Shown piece after piece: positions 27,783 through 42,700 of a DNA stretch of 64,000 bases. The notes beneath the pieces were generated by a model. It worked only from the letters and a program-made list of their open reading frames with translations, did no database searches and was not told the origin of the DNA. How positions within the stretch are numbered: position 1 is the first letter of the stretch; each line of letters starts with the position of its first letter. Position numbers and translations under genes: made by a program. Where the stretch lies: positions 40,711-104,710 of IMG/VR virus record IMGVR_UViG_3300044712_000336, one strand, 5' to 3'. The DNA is from a virus.

Positions 27783-30700
27783 CTAATCACATTTAGGTTT
27801 TTTAATCCTACCTTCTTCTTGAAGTTTTTGTGTATTTTGTACATCTTCTACAGTTTGTTCTAATCCATTATATTTAACTAAGGTTTCATTCATATTATCC
27901 AATGAAGGAACACTTTGTTCTACTTGTTGCTCTGATTTCATGATCAAATTACCTATATTTAAACTATATGTATTATATGTACTACCTTTACCTATTTTTC
28001 TAAAGTAGTTATCTATTTGATTAGAAGGATTCAATCTCTCATATATACTACTAACCATCTTACCATTAACATCTCTTTCACTAATTTTAATGTATTTGTT
28101 AATAGTATCAATAGGTTTACCTTCTTTATCTAACCCTTTTATACTAATTCTTAAATCAAAGTTACCATAAGTAGGACTTTCATAATTTCCTGTATTTGGA
28201 ATAATATTATATTTACCTTTAATTAACTCATTTATATTCCTATAGTTAATAAGTGCAGTTTGTTTTACAAAATCATTTACCGTTAAATCTAATCTTATAT
28301 TCTCTCTTAATATATCATTACTTAATTTTTCTATCCTTTTTGAATAGCTTACACCTTTCTTTCCATCATTTAACCACTTATTATCTCTATTATTATAGTT
28401 ATATAATGCTGATGGAATACCAAGACTATACCCACCACTACCTAATCTATTACCGTTCTTTAAATTCATGTATGCTATAAACTCAGTTTGAAATTCACTG
28501 TATTTAGGTAATGTTTTAATACTATCACTATTTAATACACTAGTATCTAATTCATATCTACCAGTACTTTGATTATAATTAAAGTTAAACATATTCAAAC
28601 TATTAAAAGCTGTATGTAAATTAGCAGTAATATCAACTGTTTTTTCAGTAGGTTCATTAAATCTAACTTCATGCTCTTTTGTATATGTATTAGGTCTTAC
28701 ACTTACTTTATTCATAAATGTAGGAATATAACCTAACATTTCTAATTTATCTTTATTACTACTATAATATGATTTAACTTGTCTAATCTTATCTAGGAAA
28801 TGTTGTATAAATGCTTGCTCACCAGTTAATATTATTCCATCATTAGTGATATAATCATGCTCTTGACTATAGTTAAATAATGATGTATATAAATATCTCA
28901 TTACTTCCTCACGTTGACGGAATCGTTTTTGATACTTACTTCCTTCAAATGCTGGTAATACCGATTCTTCTCTTGCTTCTATATTAGCTGCAACTGTTCC
29001 ATCACCAAATATATCATTTTGAAACTTACGAATTACTTCACTATTAATAACAAAATTATCTCTTATAAGTTTATCTTGAAACATCATAGTTTCAAGTGCT
29101 TGTTTAAAATGAGGTAATGTATTTAGTATATTAGATATATCAAACATAAAGGAATCTTTTGATTGTAACTCATTCTTATCGTTTAATTCAAATACCTCAT
29201 TAAGTAAATCAATCATTTTATCTAAATCAGCAGATGTTGTTTTTAAATCACGCAATACACCAAGTAATCTCGCTACTTTAGATATTTCTGTTCCTATATT
29301 ATCTAATTTGTCTAACTGTTTTAATACTGCTAATTGTATCTTTAAAAATTCAATATCAGTACTTGTATATATAGGATTACCATTTTTAAACGAGTATACT
29401 TCTTGATTAACTGATTTTAATAACATATCAGTAGTCAATGTTTCTATTTCATTAACTTTTTCACCTTTAGATAGTTCTGCAATCCTTTTATTTATTATAT
29501 TTTTACTAAGTTTCATTTTCTCATTTTTCCACTTAGCATTTACACCAGTATATAATTCAATAGCAGGTTGAGTTATAAATGTATTTCTTACTTGACTTTC
29601 AACACCTAGTCCTAACATAGCGATATAAGAAAGTAATGTGCTATTAGTTAAATAGAAATTAGGTAATATTTGTAATTTAACATTATCCAATGCAGCATTT
29701 GCAAGTGCATCAATTATAGTCCATACATCTTCTTTTCCACCATATTCATATTGACTTAACTTATCATATATAACATCATTAAATTGTATATTATACTTAT
29801 TATCAGTAATAGTTGGTAATCCTTTATCTTTAGATGCTCTAACCATGTGAGCTAATGCTTTAATACCATAAGCAACTACAATACCAACACCAGCTTTACC
29901 TGAGAATACTGATTGGTGGCCATCTAAATTATCTAATACGTCTGATAGATTAAGTGGTTTACTTAACATATTATCTTTAATCCACTTACTTTCTTTTTCT
30001 TTAGACATCTCTAATAATGTAGTTTTCTGTAATTCTTTATATTGTTCTGGATGATTATCTTTCCATAATCTAATCTGTTCATCAGTCATTGGATCAGTAG
30101 ATATAGGTTTAGTCATACGAACCCAATTCTTTTCATCCGTAACTACGTCTAATAGATTCTCTGTAATTTTATTCTTTAAATATATTTCTTTATCTTTGCT
30201 TGATAATCCAGTAGTATTAAACTCATTATCAAATTTACCATCTTTATATCCTAATAATTCATATTTAGCTTTATTATTAGCAATCGCATCTTTCTTTATA
30301 TTAGAAATATCCTTCATTATAATTTGTTTTTGATCAATTACATCTTCAAGTATTCCTTTACGTTCTTGTTGGTTACTATATATTTCATCATATAATTCAT
30401 TTATACGTTCTTGAAGTACTAATTTATTTTCAGATGAAGCATATTTTAATTGACCTTTTAGTGCTTTTATTTCATCCTTTCTTTCATCAGTATCTTTTAA
30501 TATAATCTCTATATCTTTATACTTTTCATATACTTTAGTTAATTCTTCTTCTTTATTTAATATATCTTTCTGTACATCTTCATCATAATTCCATATTCCT
30601 TCACGTGTTATAATAAATAAACTATCAACATCATAATCACAACCATGTTGGAATACAATAAAAGGTGATACAACTACCACATTAGTATCAACAGATTGAT

Positions 30701-33700
30701 AGAATCCCTTTATTTTTAATGCAACAGCACTGTGTAATTCTGATGATGGAATACGAAATCCAAAAGCATCAGCATAAGGTAATACATCTATATCTTTACC
30801 ACTTTCTAAAGCTTTACTAATACTATCTTCAAGTACTTCTGGCAATAATCCTTTTGGAAATAAACATTCAAGATTCATTACTGTTTTACCAGTTATTTCA
30901 TCTTTACGTATACTAAATTGTAATCCATCAGCAAGGTTACGTTTATTTTCATCCATACTATACCTTGATATACCAGCACCACTTTGTAAAATTAACTTAC
31001 TTCCTTTAAGACGTTGTTGTATAACATTCTTTTCCAACATAGAGGAAAATGATGATATAAACTTATTACTCAATGTAGGAAAATTATGTACATTATCCAT
31101 ATCCAAATCTTTAGTAAGTAAGGCAAATGACATGTTAATATCATCTTTCTCTAATCTTGATAATATAGCTTGTTTAAATTTCTTATTATCAAGTTTACCA
31201 TTCTTATCTAATATTTGTTTCTGTACTTTTTCTAATCCTAATTTCATTAAATCTGCAACTGCACCATATATAATATCAGCACTTGCATCATTTGTACCTA
31301 ATACATTTAAGAATGATAATATCTGATTAGGTTGTGCTGTAGTACTATCTATCTCATGTACAGGATTAAATGGTACTCTTAATCCTTTATTATCATAAAT
31401 TATAAGATTGTCTGTATTTACTGTCATATCACCATCCATTATAGATTGCGTATCATATAATGATTTTCTAACAGGTGTTGCAATTTTAACAGTAGATTGC
31501 ATTGTATATAATAACGCACCATGATTACGCATTGACTGTCTTAAATTATTTAACTGTGGATTTGATTTACATAATTCATCAGTAAGTATAACAATAGATG
31601 ATTTAATATCTAATGGAACACCATCTTCACCAATGAAGGAATATACTGTTTTATTAATATTTCCTACACCATAGGATAACCCCATACCTTTATTTAACTC
31701 TTCTTTATATTCAGGTAATCCATAAGTCTGTCCATCTGTTACAGTTACATCATCATTTATATTATTTAATACTTCTTGTATTAACTTTTCATTAGTATTA
31801 TTTTTTCTTAACTGTTCTTCTACTTGTTTCTTTATATCATCCTTTTTCCATTTTATATCACTACCTACCATTACTTTCATATATTCCTTCATACCATATT
31901 CATCATTAATTAAAGGTTGTCTTCCTGATGATGATTCTAATTGTAACCTCTTTAACATGTTTTCACCAGTATTAAAGAAATTAGCATCACCAGCAGTTAA
32001 ATTTTCAATTAAATATGAATTAATATAATTGTTAATATAGAAAGAATTTACTAATGCTTTAAATATAGGTAAATTTAATACTGTAGGATCATATTCATAT
32101 TTCTTTGTATCATTATTATATTTAGTATAAGTTGTTCCTTTACCATCTTTCTTATTATTTAACTTTTGTATATCTTCTCTAGTAAACTTAAATCTGCTTC
32201 CATCCAAATATCTAAATTTATCTTTTCCATCAATAGTATCAATTTTAAATAATCCTTCAAGTTTCTTTGGATTTATCCTACTTACTAAATCTTTAGGTAT
32301 AGGCATTTCTTTTTGAATCATTACATTCACTAATCTTTCAGTTCTATTAGCAAATTGATTTAATATATTATCAATAAATTGTTTTCTTATCTTATCATTA
32401 CTTGCTAATTCTTTATATGCCTTTTGTGTTGATTCAGTATTATTTAGTATATCTTGTTTACTAATTTCAAATATCTTACTAAACGCTTCATTAAATACTC
32501 TAAAGTTAGTATCATTATTTTTATTATAGTTTTTGAAATTTCTTATATCTTGTAAATTATCATTATGTCTTTGTATAAACATATCAATAATACCATCAAG
32601 GTATTTATTGATTTTATCTCTATCAAGTATATCCATTTCTGCACCCATTCTATTTACACGATGTGCTTGTGTATAGAAATACTGTATATAAGTGGGAACT
32701 TCTTGTCTATGTTTTAATCTACTATGATGTAGGAAAGATGCTGAGAATACTGTTTCAAGATAATTACTAGGTGATTCTTGTGTATAATCATACCCATAAG
32801 TAGAGTTTTTAGTTTTAGTTCTATTTCCATCATGGTCAACTGCTTGATATACATGTTGTGTTCCATCAATTACAGATTTAAGTAATGGATTTTTACTATA
32901 AGTATGTGTATTCCAATACTTAGGTATATTCTTTTGTATATACGAACTATCTTCATTAACTTCCGATAATGATACTACTTTATATAATACCTCTCTTGCC
33001 CATGTACTAGGTGTTGATGGAAATACTCTCTCATTTTTAGAATTGACTATTGATGAATATTCATCTTTTACTCTACTATTTATAGGTTTAAGTAATGCAA
33101 AGAAAGCATTAATAACATCGTTATCTTTATATAGTACATCATACATATCAACAGTATATTCACTAACATTACCATCTTCATCTGTTTCCTCTACTTTCTT
33201 ACCATAATTCTTTAAACTATCATTACTAGTATTATTAACTAATAAATCTCTAAACTTAGATTGTATATCAGCTTGTACTCTTGAATCTATAATCATAATC
33301 TTACCATTATCATTAGTGATAAGATGTTCCATTCCTACAAACTTAAAGAAATTACCTACAAAGTTAGTATTAGTACTATTATTAATTACTTTTATTAAAT
33401 TATCTACATCAGTTTGATCTTTAATTCTTTCAATTAAATTTAATCTTATATCGTCTACAAGTGTTCTTTGTACACCACTTGCATTTTGCATCTTGTTGTT
33501 ATAAGTAGTAGTACCACCTTGATATAACATTTCAATAATACTAGAACTTAAATTATTATAACTTCCAATTGCTGATGTAATTTCTAATAAACTTTGTAAA
33601 CTTTGTTTTAATTTAAACTCATTAAATAACTCAGTATAATCGACATTTATATTTTTCTTTAATAATTCAACTCGTATTTCTTTATGTAAATCATCTATAT

Positions 33701-36700
33701 TTTGATTCTTTTTTAATTCTATAATCTTTACATTATCTTTACTTCTTAATACAGATAAATCATTACGTAAATCTATAGTTGTTCCATCAGTAGTATATAC
33801 AAATGTATTAGTATCATACCATCCGTGTTTAGTTATAGGATTTATCTTTTGTACATCATTAAACAATTTATCCATAAATCTCTTAATAGCAACTACATCA
33901 TTATTATCTTTAGCAGATAAAGATAATCTATCAGATAGTTGATTTTGCATATTAACTATATTAGTTGTATCCAAATGTGGTAATACTTCTAACATTTGTT
34001 TAAATACAAACTTTCTATTAACAAATCCATTTGGTATTTCTTCCCATTGTCCTTCTGATGTTTTCTTTACTTTAGGAACAAAACTAAACAAATGTTTAAC
34101 TAATGCAGTTACATTTTCAACATTAGTAAATTTAGGATTAGTAATCTCATCTTTTAAGCCTTCTCGTGTTGATTCATAATCTTCGTATACATTTTCAATA
34201 TCGTCAACTTGTACATCACTATCTTCATCATTATTAGTTTCTATATTTTCTGTAAACTCTTTTACTTCTGTTTTTAACTCTTGTTTAATTACTGGGAATA
34301 TTTGTTTCATCATATAATCAAATCCAGTCATCTTTTCCTTTATGCCAAGTAAATTACGTACTTCATATTCCTTTACTAACATATTATATAATTTATCTTT
34401 CTCTAGGAAATCTGCACGTTTTACTGGATCTTCTTGTTTATCTGCTAATAGTTTATATTGTTTTGCGCCCTCTTTAAATAGTCTATGTAAAACATTACCT
34501 AAATTATTCTCCACTACAGGAACAATTACTTTCCTACTATGTTGTACACCATCTTTTGTATAAGTCTCTGTAATGGTATATCCTTGTTCTTTTAACTTTT
34601 TAGCTTGTCTAAATATTTCTTGTTTTAGTTTATTAAAGTTATCCACACCATCATTTACAATATCACCTTTAGCATCCCTATCACCTAATATTTCCTGTAT
34701 AGTAATTAAATCATAACTATTTTTTACATTAGCATTCTCAATAATTCTATGACTATATTTACCTTGTTCAATATCTCTATATATAGTATCTAAGGATGAC
34801 ATGTTTTTGTATGTAAACTTAAACAATTTAGATAACCAATTAAAGAATCGTTTTAACCAGTTTTCTTTTATACTATTATGATCTTTATTCCAATTCATAA
34901 AATCATTAGCAAGAACCTCAGTCAACTCATTGAAGGAATATGGTAGGTATCCATGTTCTTTTTCAAATGCTTTTGCTAATTGTTCTTGTTCCTTCACAGT
35001 CATATATTGTGTATGAATCTTATGGAATGCTTCATGTCGTATAATCTCTTTAAATGTTCCTTTACCTTCTTCACCTTCAACTTGTAAACTATACATAATA
35101 CCTTGTTTTAATGTACCATATACATTTGCACCACGTACATCATTTAACATCATTTGAGTTAGTATTTGTAACTCTTCTTCCTTTACATCAGGTATTAATT
35201 GTTTAACTAATTTAGTAGCTTCATTAACAGTAATATATGTTCCTTTATTAATGTCAAATTCTGACATATCAAACATACCAATATTGAAGGAATCATCTGT
35301 ATTACTAATGTCTGTAATATCTGAAGATGTAGGAACATCTTGTTCTCCTTCTAATGGAACACCTTGTTCTTCTGATTTCTTTGGTTCTTTCTGTACATTT
35401 GATATATTATCATTAATTCTAACTTGTATTTTAGCTTGATCTATTCTCTTTACATGTGTTACAAGATTATTCTCAATAGTAGATAATTGTTGTTTAACAG
35501 TACTATTATCTTCAGCAATATTATAAGTCCCAGTTATACTATTTTTCTTTAGTTTAATTGGTTCTTTAAATACTGTATCAACTCTATCTTTAGATATAGG
35601 TAATCTTAATTTCTTATTATTAATTATTTTATTTAATAAATCAGTAGTTACAGGCTCTTGTACAAGTTCTTCTTTCTTTTTATATATAAGTTTCATTATA
35701 TCACCTTTATTATTTGTATAATTAGATACTTGATCTTCTAACCATTTTGCTATATCTTGTTGTGATTTCTTTTCAACAACTTGACCTCTATATGTTCCTG
35801 TATTGAATGATCCAAGTATTCTCTTTAATTCAGCAATACTTATATCTTCAGATAATAATTGTCCAGTTACAGGATTTTGTACAGGTATTTTATTTTCATA
35901 TATAATATCACGTATAAAGTTTTCATAATTAGAATAAGAAGTATTACTACTTAATATTGATTTAAAACTTATGAATTTATTTTTACCTTTTTCCTGTACA
36001 GTACGAAGATTAGTTTTACTACCATCTTCATTAAACATTACAGCATTTGTAACTGCAATAGAACTCAGTTGATTTGCCATATCACCAGAGTTTAAATCTA
36101 ACTCTGTTTTAAGTAACGTTTCCTCACCATTACCCATATCAACTTTAACAATTCCATTATCTAATCTATAAGATATTCCTGTACCTTCATGTTTATACAT
36201 AGGTGATGTATATATATTTTCACGTATTGTACGTAACACACCTAATCTAAATATATCTGAGTTTGATAAAAATTTATTATCTAATTTATCTTGTAAATAC
36301 TTTAGTAAATCCTCATCATTTTTAGTACGTAATCCATTTACAAATTCACCAACTTTAGCTGGATAATTTCTTATATGTTTATATAACTGTTGCTCTAATG
36401 TTCCAGATTTAGTAGCTCTACTATCTGTACCTTCTCTATCATTTTTACGTTTTAATCCAGCACCATATTTAATAACCTTATCAATTGCTTCTGCTAATGA
36501 TATTGTAGTATATTCATCTGAAGTTAAATCATCTCTATATTCTACTTGTATTTGATCTAATGATTTATCAGACTTAATTGTTCCTACATTGGGATCAGCA
36601 AGTATCTTATTAACTCTTTGATTTGGTGTTGAACCTTCTATAAATTGTACTTTATTCCATTGTTTAACTTTATTTAAAGTACCTTTATCTTTTGAAAATC

Positions 36701-39700
36701 CTAAATCTTCTGATACAAAATCTCTACTTACATCAATTTGACCATTACTTCTTAAATCAGCTACAACTATATTTATAAAATCATCTACACTTTCTGCATG
36801 TGAATCTTTAATAGTTGCTGTTGCTACTAATGGAATAAATTCAATAGCTGCATTTCTGAATAAATTATATAAATCCTTCTTATTATCATCACTTATATCA
36901 GTAGGTGTTATATTGGAATATTTAGCAAGTAACCCATCTAATTTAACATTAAACCTTTCATAATCAAAATCAGTAGATTCTTTACCTGATGGATATTGTA
37001 CTGGTAATACATCACCTTTCTTAATTTGACCAATTGGTTCAAATTCATCTTTAAATGATGATAGTAAACTATCAAATACAGGATTACCTAACTTAAACTC
37101 AAGTTGATTATATCCTTTATCACTAAGTAATTGTTCAAGATTATTTAATATAGATGTTCCTAGACCAGTTTGATAATATTTACCAGTATTATTGAAATCT
37201 TCAGTAGTCATTCTTCTCGGATCTAATGGAAAAGATAACTTAGCTTTTTTATCAGTAATAAACTCTACTTGTGGGATACCATATTGATTTTCTTTAAATC
37301 CTTCACTTGAAGCTTTAGTCGGTATTACTACTCTAAAGGAAACAACATTCATACCTGTTCCAACAGTATATTGATCTATAAGTTTAATAATAGTATTAAC
37401 TAAATCGTTTGATTGATTTGGTTCACTACTATAGGAATATGATAATGAATTTGCATATTGTATATTACCAGTTTTAATAATATCTTTACTTAAAGTATTA
37501 ATATTACTATTAGTTAATATATTATCATCAAATGTAATTTCATTTAATTTCTTATTCCATTTTACTTTATTATATCCTTTATCAGTTAATATATCTTCCT
37601 CTACAGGATTAGGTATAATACCAATTACTCTTAATGTATTTTCAGTTTGACCGGTAGTTTTATCATTTCCTTCAGCAACTATAAATGTGTGATTACCTGT
37701 AAAATCATTACTTGTATTGTTAAGATTTACATACCATACTTTATTATTCTCACTCACTAATGGAAATTCTTCACCTTCAAATGTTACAACATTAGCTTCA
37801 ACATGATCTACATTCTCAACTAAAGGATCATTTGATTCCTTACCGATAAATTCTTTCTTACGTTCTTCTTTCTTAATCCTATTAGTCAAACTGTTTAAAT
37901 CTTCAAATGTTCCATCAGGATTAATTCTAATCCTACTATCCACTACGGATAATAATTTAACACTACCTTTTGTATCAGCTAATGAATTATCAGTAATAAC
38001 TTCACCAGATTTAGTAACTTGTATTACTGTTCCTAATGTACTACCAATAGTAGTTAAACTATCTTTATATCTAGTTTCATTCTGCTGAAGGAATTTGTTA
38101 AATTTTTCTAATTTATTAACTGATTCTTTTATACCATTTATATCAGTACGTTCTTCTATATTAGAAAATCCATTACCTAATTTAACTAAAGCATAAGTAG
38201 TTGGACGAGTAAGCATAGTGTACATTATCTCATTATATGGTGAGTAATCAACTTTCTTAGTTAATTGATTATATATGACAGTTTTTCCTTCAATAGGTTG
38301 AACATCTATAAATATTGCTTGTACAGTTTTACCTACTAATTCTTGTGGTAAAAATACTACTTGCTTAGATTCATCTGGTAATCTTAACTGTTGTAAATAT
38401 GCTTGTCTTTCTTTCTCTGTCCCTACAACAATAGCACATGACATTAAGTCTTTTCTTTTATTATAAGTATCAATAATATTCATTATATTATTTGTAACTT
38501 GTATTCCTGTAGTGGAAGATGTTATATCATTTCCAGTAGAGGATTTAGCTACACCACTATCTACTTGTTTATCATTCATTTGATACATACTTGCGAAATC
38601 AGATATATAATTAATAGCTGTTCTCATAGTAGTATTTAATGGTTGTATTTCCGTAGCTTCTCTTAATGTATGTGTAGGTTCTTCTAATGTCTTATTTATA
38701 TTAGTTTCACCAATCTGTGTGCTATCGCCAATTAGTATTAAATGTGAATTTTTAATAAGTGATAAATCATCTAAATCATAATCACTAAATTGGCCTATCT
38801 CATCAATTATTATATGTGAATATTTATTCTTTTCTTCTTCGCTTAATTTACTAAAATCACTTACTAACATTCCATTCTTTATATTTGCTTCACTTTGTAA
38901 GTTATCTAACTGTTCTTTATTCTTACATAATGCTAATACTTTATCAGATTGACCGTCTATATTATTAAGTAATAATGTTTGTTTTGCTACAATAGTAGTT
39001 TTACCTGTTCCTGCATTAGCTTTAAGTAATGATACTGTTTTAGTAGGTTTACTTAGTTTAATACTTAACTGTTCTAAAGCTAACTCTTGTTCTATTGTAG
39101 GAAATTTGTCAATACTTAATTTTGCTTTATTTTCAATATATTGTTTATATGTAAAATCACTATGTAATAATTCATTAATCCAGAATAATTCGTGTACTTC
39201 TGATTGTGTTTCTACATATTTAAGTAGTCTATTTTTATTAGCATTGAAGGAATTTTCTGTAAATCCTAATCCTTCTAATTCTATTTGATATTTATTCCAA
39301 CCACCATTTACATATTCTCTAATAGTACTTAACAATTCATTTATATTACCTGTTTGTGCATACTTTAGAAATGGATTGTTTATTCCTTTATTGGGGAAGA
39401 ATACATGTTTAGATACACCTGGAATTAATGGTTGCATGCCACTAGGATTATACTTAGCATTAATTGATGGTGTAGATAATATAGTATTAACAAAGAATAA
39501 TCCTCTATTTGGTGATAACAAATACCCTATCTCTGGGTCATTGTGTATATAATCTTTTCCTTCAACTTGTGATTTTACTTTACTCTTTAGAAGCTCATTT
39601 ACTTTATCAGTAAGATTATATTGTTTTAACTCGTCAAGGAATTTGTATAGTAATCCTTGTCTTACTACAGTATTAGTTTCTGATACAATATCATTAAAAC

Positions 39701-42700
39701 TATCCTTTAACTCTGTAGGAATTATTCCTTTATTAGATAATTCAATTAACCCATTTACTTGATTAGTAATATGTCTTTCTAATGATGCTTTCTGTTGAGC
39801 AATCTTATTATCAAGATGTTTGGATAATTCTTTTATAATTTCAGTAAGTTTACTTATTTGATTTTCCAATGTAGGAATATAATCATTATCTTTAAATAGT
39901 TCATTATCCTTTAAATCATTATCTATCCTATATTCATATAGTACTTTATCTTGTCTTAACTTCTGTAATTGATTTACCAAGTTTTGTAAATCATCTTCAT
40001 CTACTGATAAAGCATCAGGATTAGAAAGTTTTCCTGTATTGGAATTACCCCATTCCTTTAATGACATATTAACATTATTATAATTAATCATTGCTCTATC
40101 ATATTGAAATGCTTTATATCTATTTTCTGGAAGTTTATATTTATTGTATTCTTCTTCTTGTTTATATTTTACTGAAGTTGTACCATCAAGTAATTTAACC
40201 CTTTTTTTCTCACTAATGGAATATTCATCTTCTAACTCTTTAAGTTTACTTAATTCAACTTTAGTAGATTGTATATCTGTTCCTTCAGGATTAGAAAAGA
40301 AATCACTAGATGAAGCATTATCTAAATCATCACTTAATGTATCTTCATTAAATTCAAACATCTCATTATTATTCCTATACTTCTCTATTAAATCCGATAT
40401 AATTAATTTCTGCCCATCTATCTCTTTGCGTAAAGAATCAAATCCTTGTTCAATATTATTTACATCAGTATTAGTAATAAGAGTTTTATCATTATACATA
40501 TCAAGTATATTTGATAACTTTGTTCCATTATTATAAGATGATTTTATATTATTATATAGTACGTAATCTTTACCGACTTTATAGAAGTATTTATTAGCTT
40601 CATCAATTTGAGGTTGAAGTTTATTTTTTAATGGGGAATTAACCATTTTAAAATAATTATTCATATTATTGAATAATATTTCTTCATCCAATTTACTATT
40701 CTTAGCTAGATACTCTATTGCAGTTTGTTTAGTTGATTCTTCTTTATATAATCTATTAAATACATCATTACGTAAATTCTTATATTGTAAATCTAATAAT
40801 TGATGTTTAGTTAAATCTTTATCTTCTAATTTAGTACGTTCTTCTTCTAATAATGATAATTTGTTCTTTTCATCTTCATTATAATATTGTTCCAAATCAA
40901 AGTAATGTTCTTTAAAGTTATTATATAAAGCTTCATCAGCTGCTTTATATTCATTCATTACTTTATTTCTACCTTTTACATCTTCTAATTGTGCAAGTGC
41001 ATCTTTCTTATCATCAATAAGTTTTTGTATATCTTCTTTTTCCTGTACATCATTAGTGTTATTTTTAATATGTTCTAACGATTGACGTTGTATATCAAGT
41101 TTATAGTAAGCTTTAATTAGTTCATCATTATATAAAGCTTTATCATCTTCAGTTTTACTAGTTAATCCAGCTTGTTTACGTAAGTTGTATAATAACATAT
41201 CTTCTGTAAAGGAACTAGTTTGTAATGCTTTTTCATAAGACCTTGCATAATCCTTTACTCTATCAATATTATCTTTATAGTATTTCTGTAATTCTGGATC
41301 TTCTATACTTTCTATATTTTTACTTAATTGCGTAATTGCTTTATTAACGGCATCATCTTTAGATTTAGATAATGGATTAGTAAGTTCTGCAAATAATGTA
41401 TTAGCGATATTATCTGACATTATGTAATCAATAGTATTAACATTACCAACTATTGTACTCATTATTCCATCACTTACACCTTGTTTATTCTTTAATGTAG
41501 AAAATTCAAGATTAAATATCCCATTATCTCTATCTTTCATTTTTATAACTGGTTTACCTTCATCATCAAGTTTTAACGATTTAGTAACTTTTCCATCAGC
41601 ATCAGTAGAAGTTTCATATTCATATAAATCATTAACATTTCCAATGAAGGAAAAAGCATTACCTTCTCTTACTTTAAGTAAATTATCATATATCTTTTTA
41701 GTAGTTTCAATATCTTGTCTTTCTTCTTTAGCTTCACTTTTTGCACCTATTCCAGCACCGCCAATTCCAACTAAAGATCCAATTAATACACTACGTTGTT
41801 TATCAATATCAGACCAATTTGTTACTGCATAATTTAATTCTTTACCAATAGTAGTGATTAAATTGTCATTTATTTTATTAGATGCTTTCTTAGTTTCTAT
41901 ATTTTGTATAGCATCTTGTATATTTTCTTCATATAAACCTTCACTTATTACACCTGTAGGAATACTATGTTTTGTTTTATTTAACCAACTTGCTGTTTTT
42001 AACAGTTCTTCTTTAGCAATATCACTTTCTAGTTTACTACCTAATTCTTTTATAGTATTAGATTTTACCTTTAATGGATTACCAAAGAATAGTGAACTTT
42101 CAATAAGATTACTTACTGACAATGCAGCAATGTTTTGACCATATACCTCATATACATTCTTACCTATGTTCTTATTTAATTCTTGTGTTGTTTTAGCTGA
42201 AAGCTCGTTTAACTTTCTATTATACCAATCATTAAGTTCTTGTATAGCTTTTTTATTATCTACAGATAATCCTTCCCCTTCTATACCTTGTGATTGTTTA
42301 GTAAGTTTATCTAAAGTATTCTTATATTGTTCATCTAACTTTAACTTATCAGATTTATACTGACGTGTATAATAATTATCTTTAGATAAATCCCATGTTC
42401 CATCATCAGATAATCCAGCACTATTTTTTGCTGATTTATAGAAATCTTTAGCTTCCTGTCCAGCTTCACTTATAGTTTGTGGTATAGCTGCACCTAATAC
42501 TTGTAATGCTTTTGCACCTATTCCTGTAGCACCAAATGCTTTACCTATCATACCTACTCCACCACCATATAACATTGATGATGCACTATATGCTACACCA
42601 TCTAATAAGTTTTCATAGAATTTAGCACTACTTAATTGGTCTAATATATTACCTTTATTATAATCAGCATCAGCGTATACTTTTAAATTCTCACTTAAAT

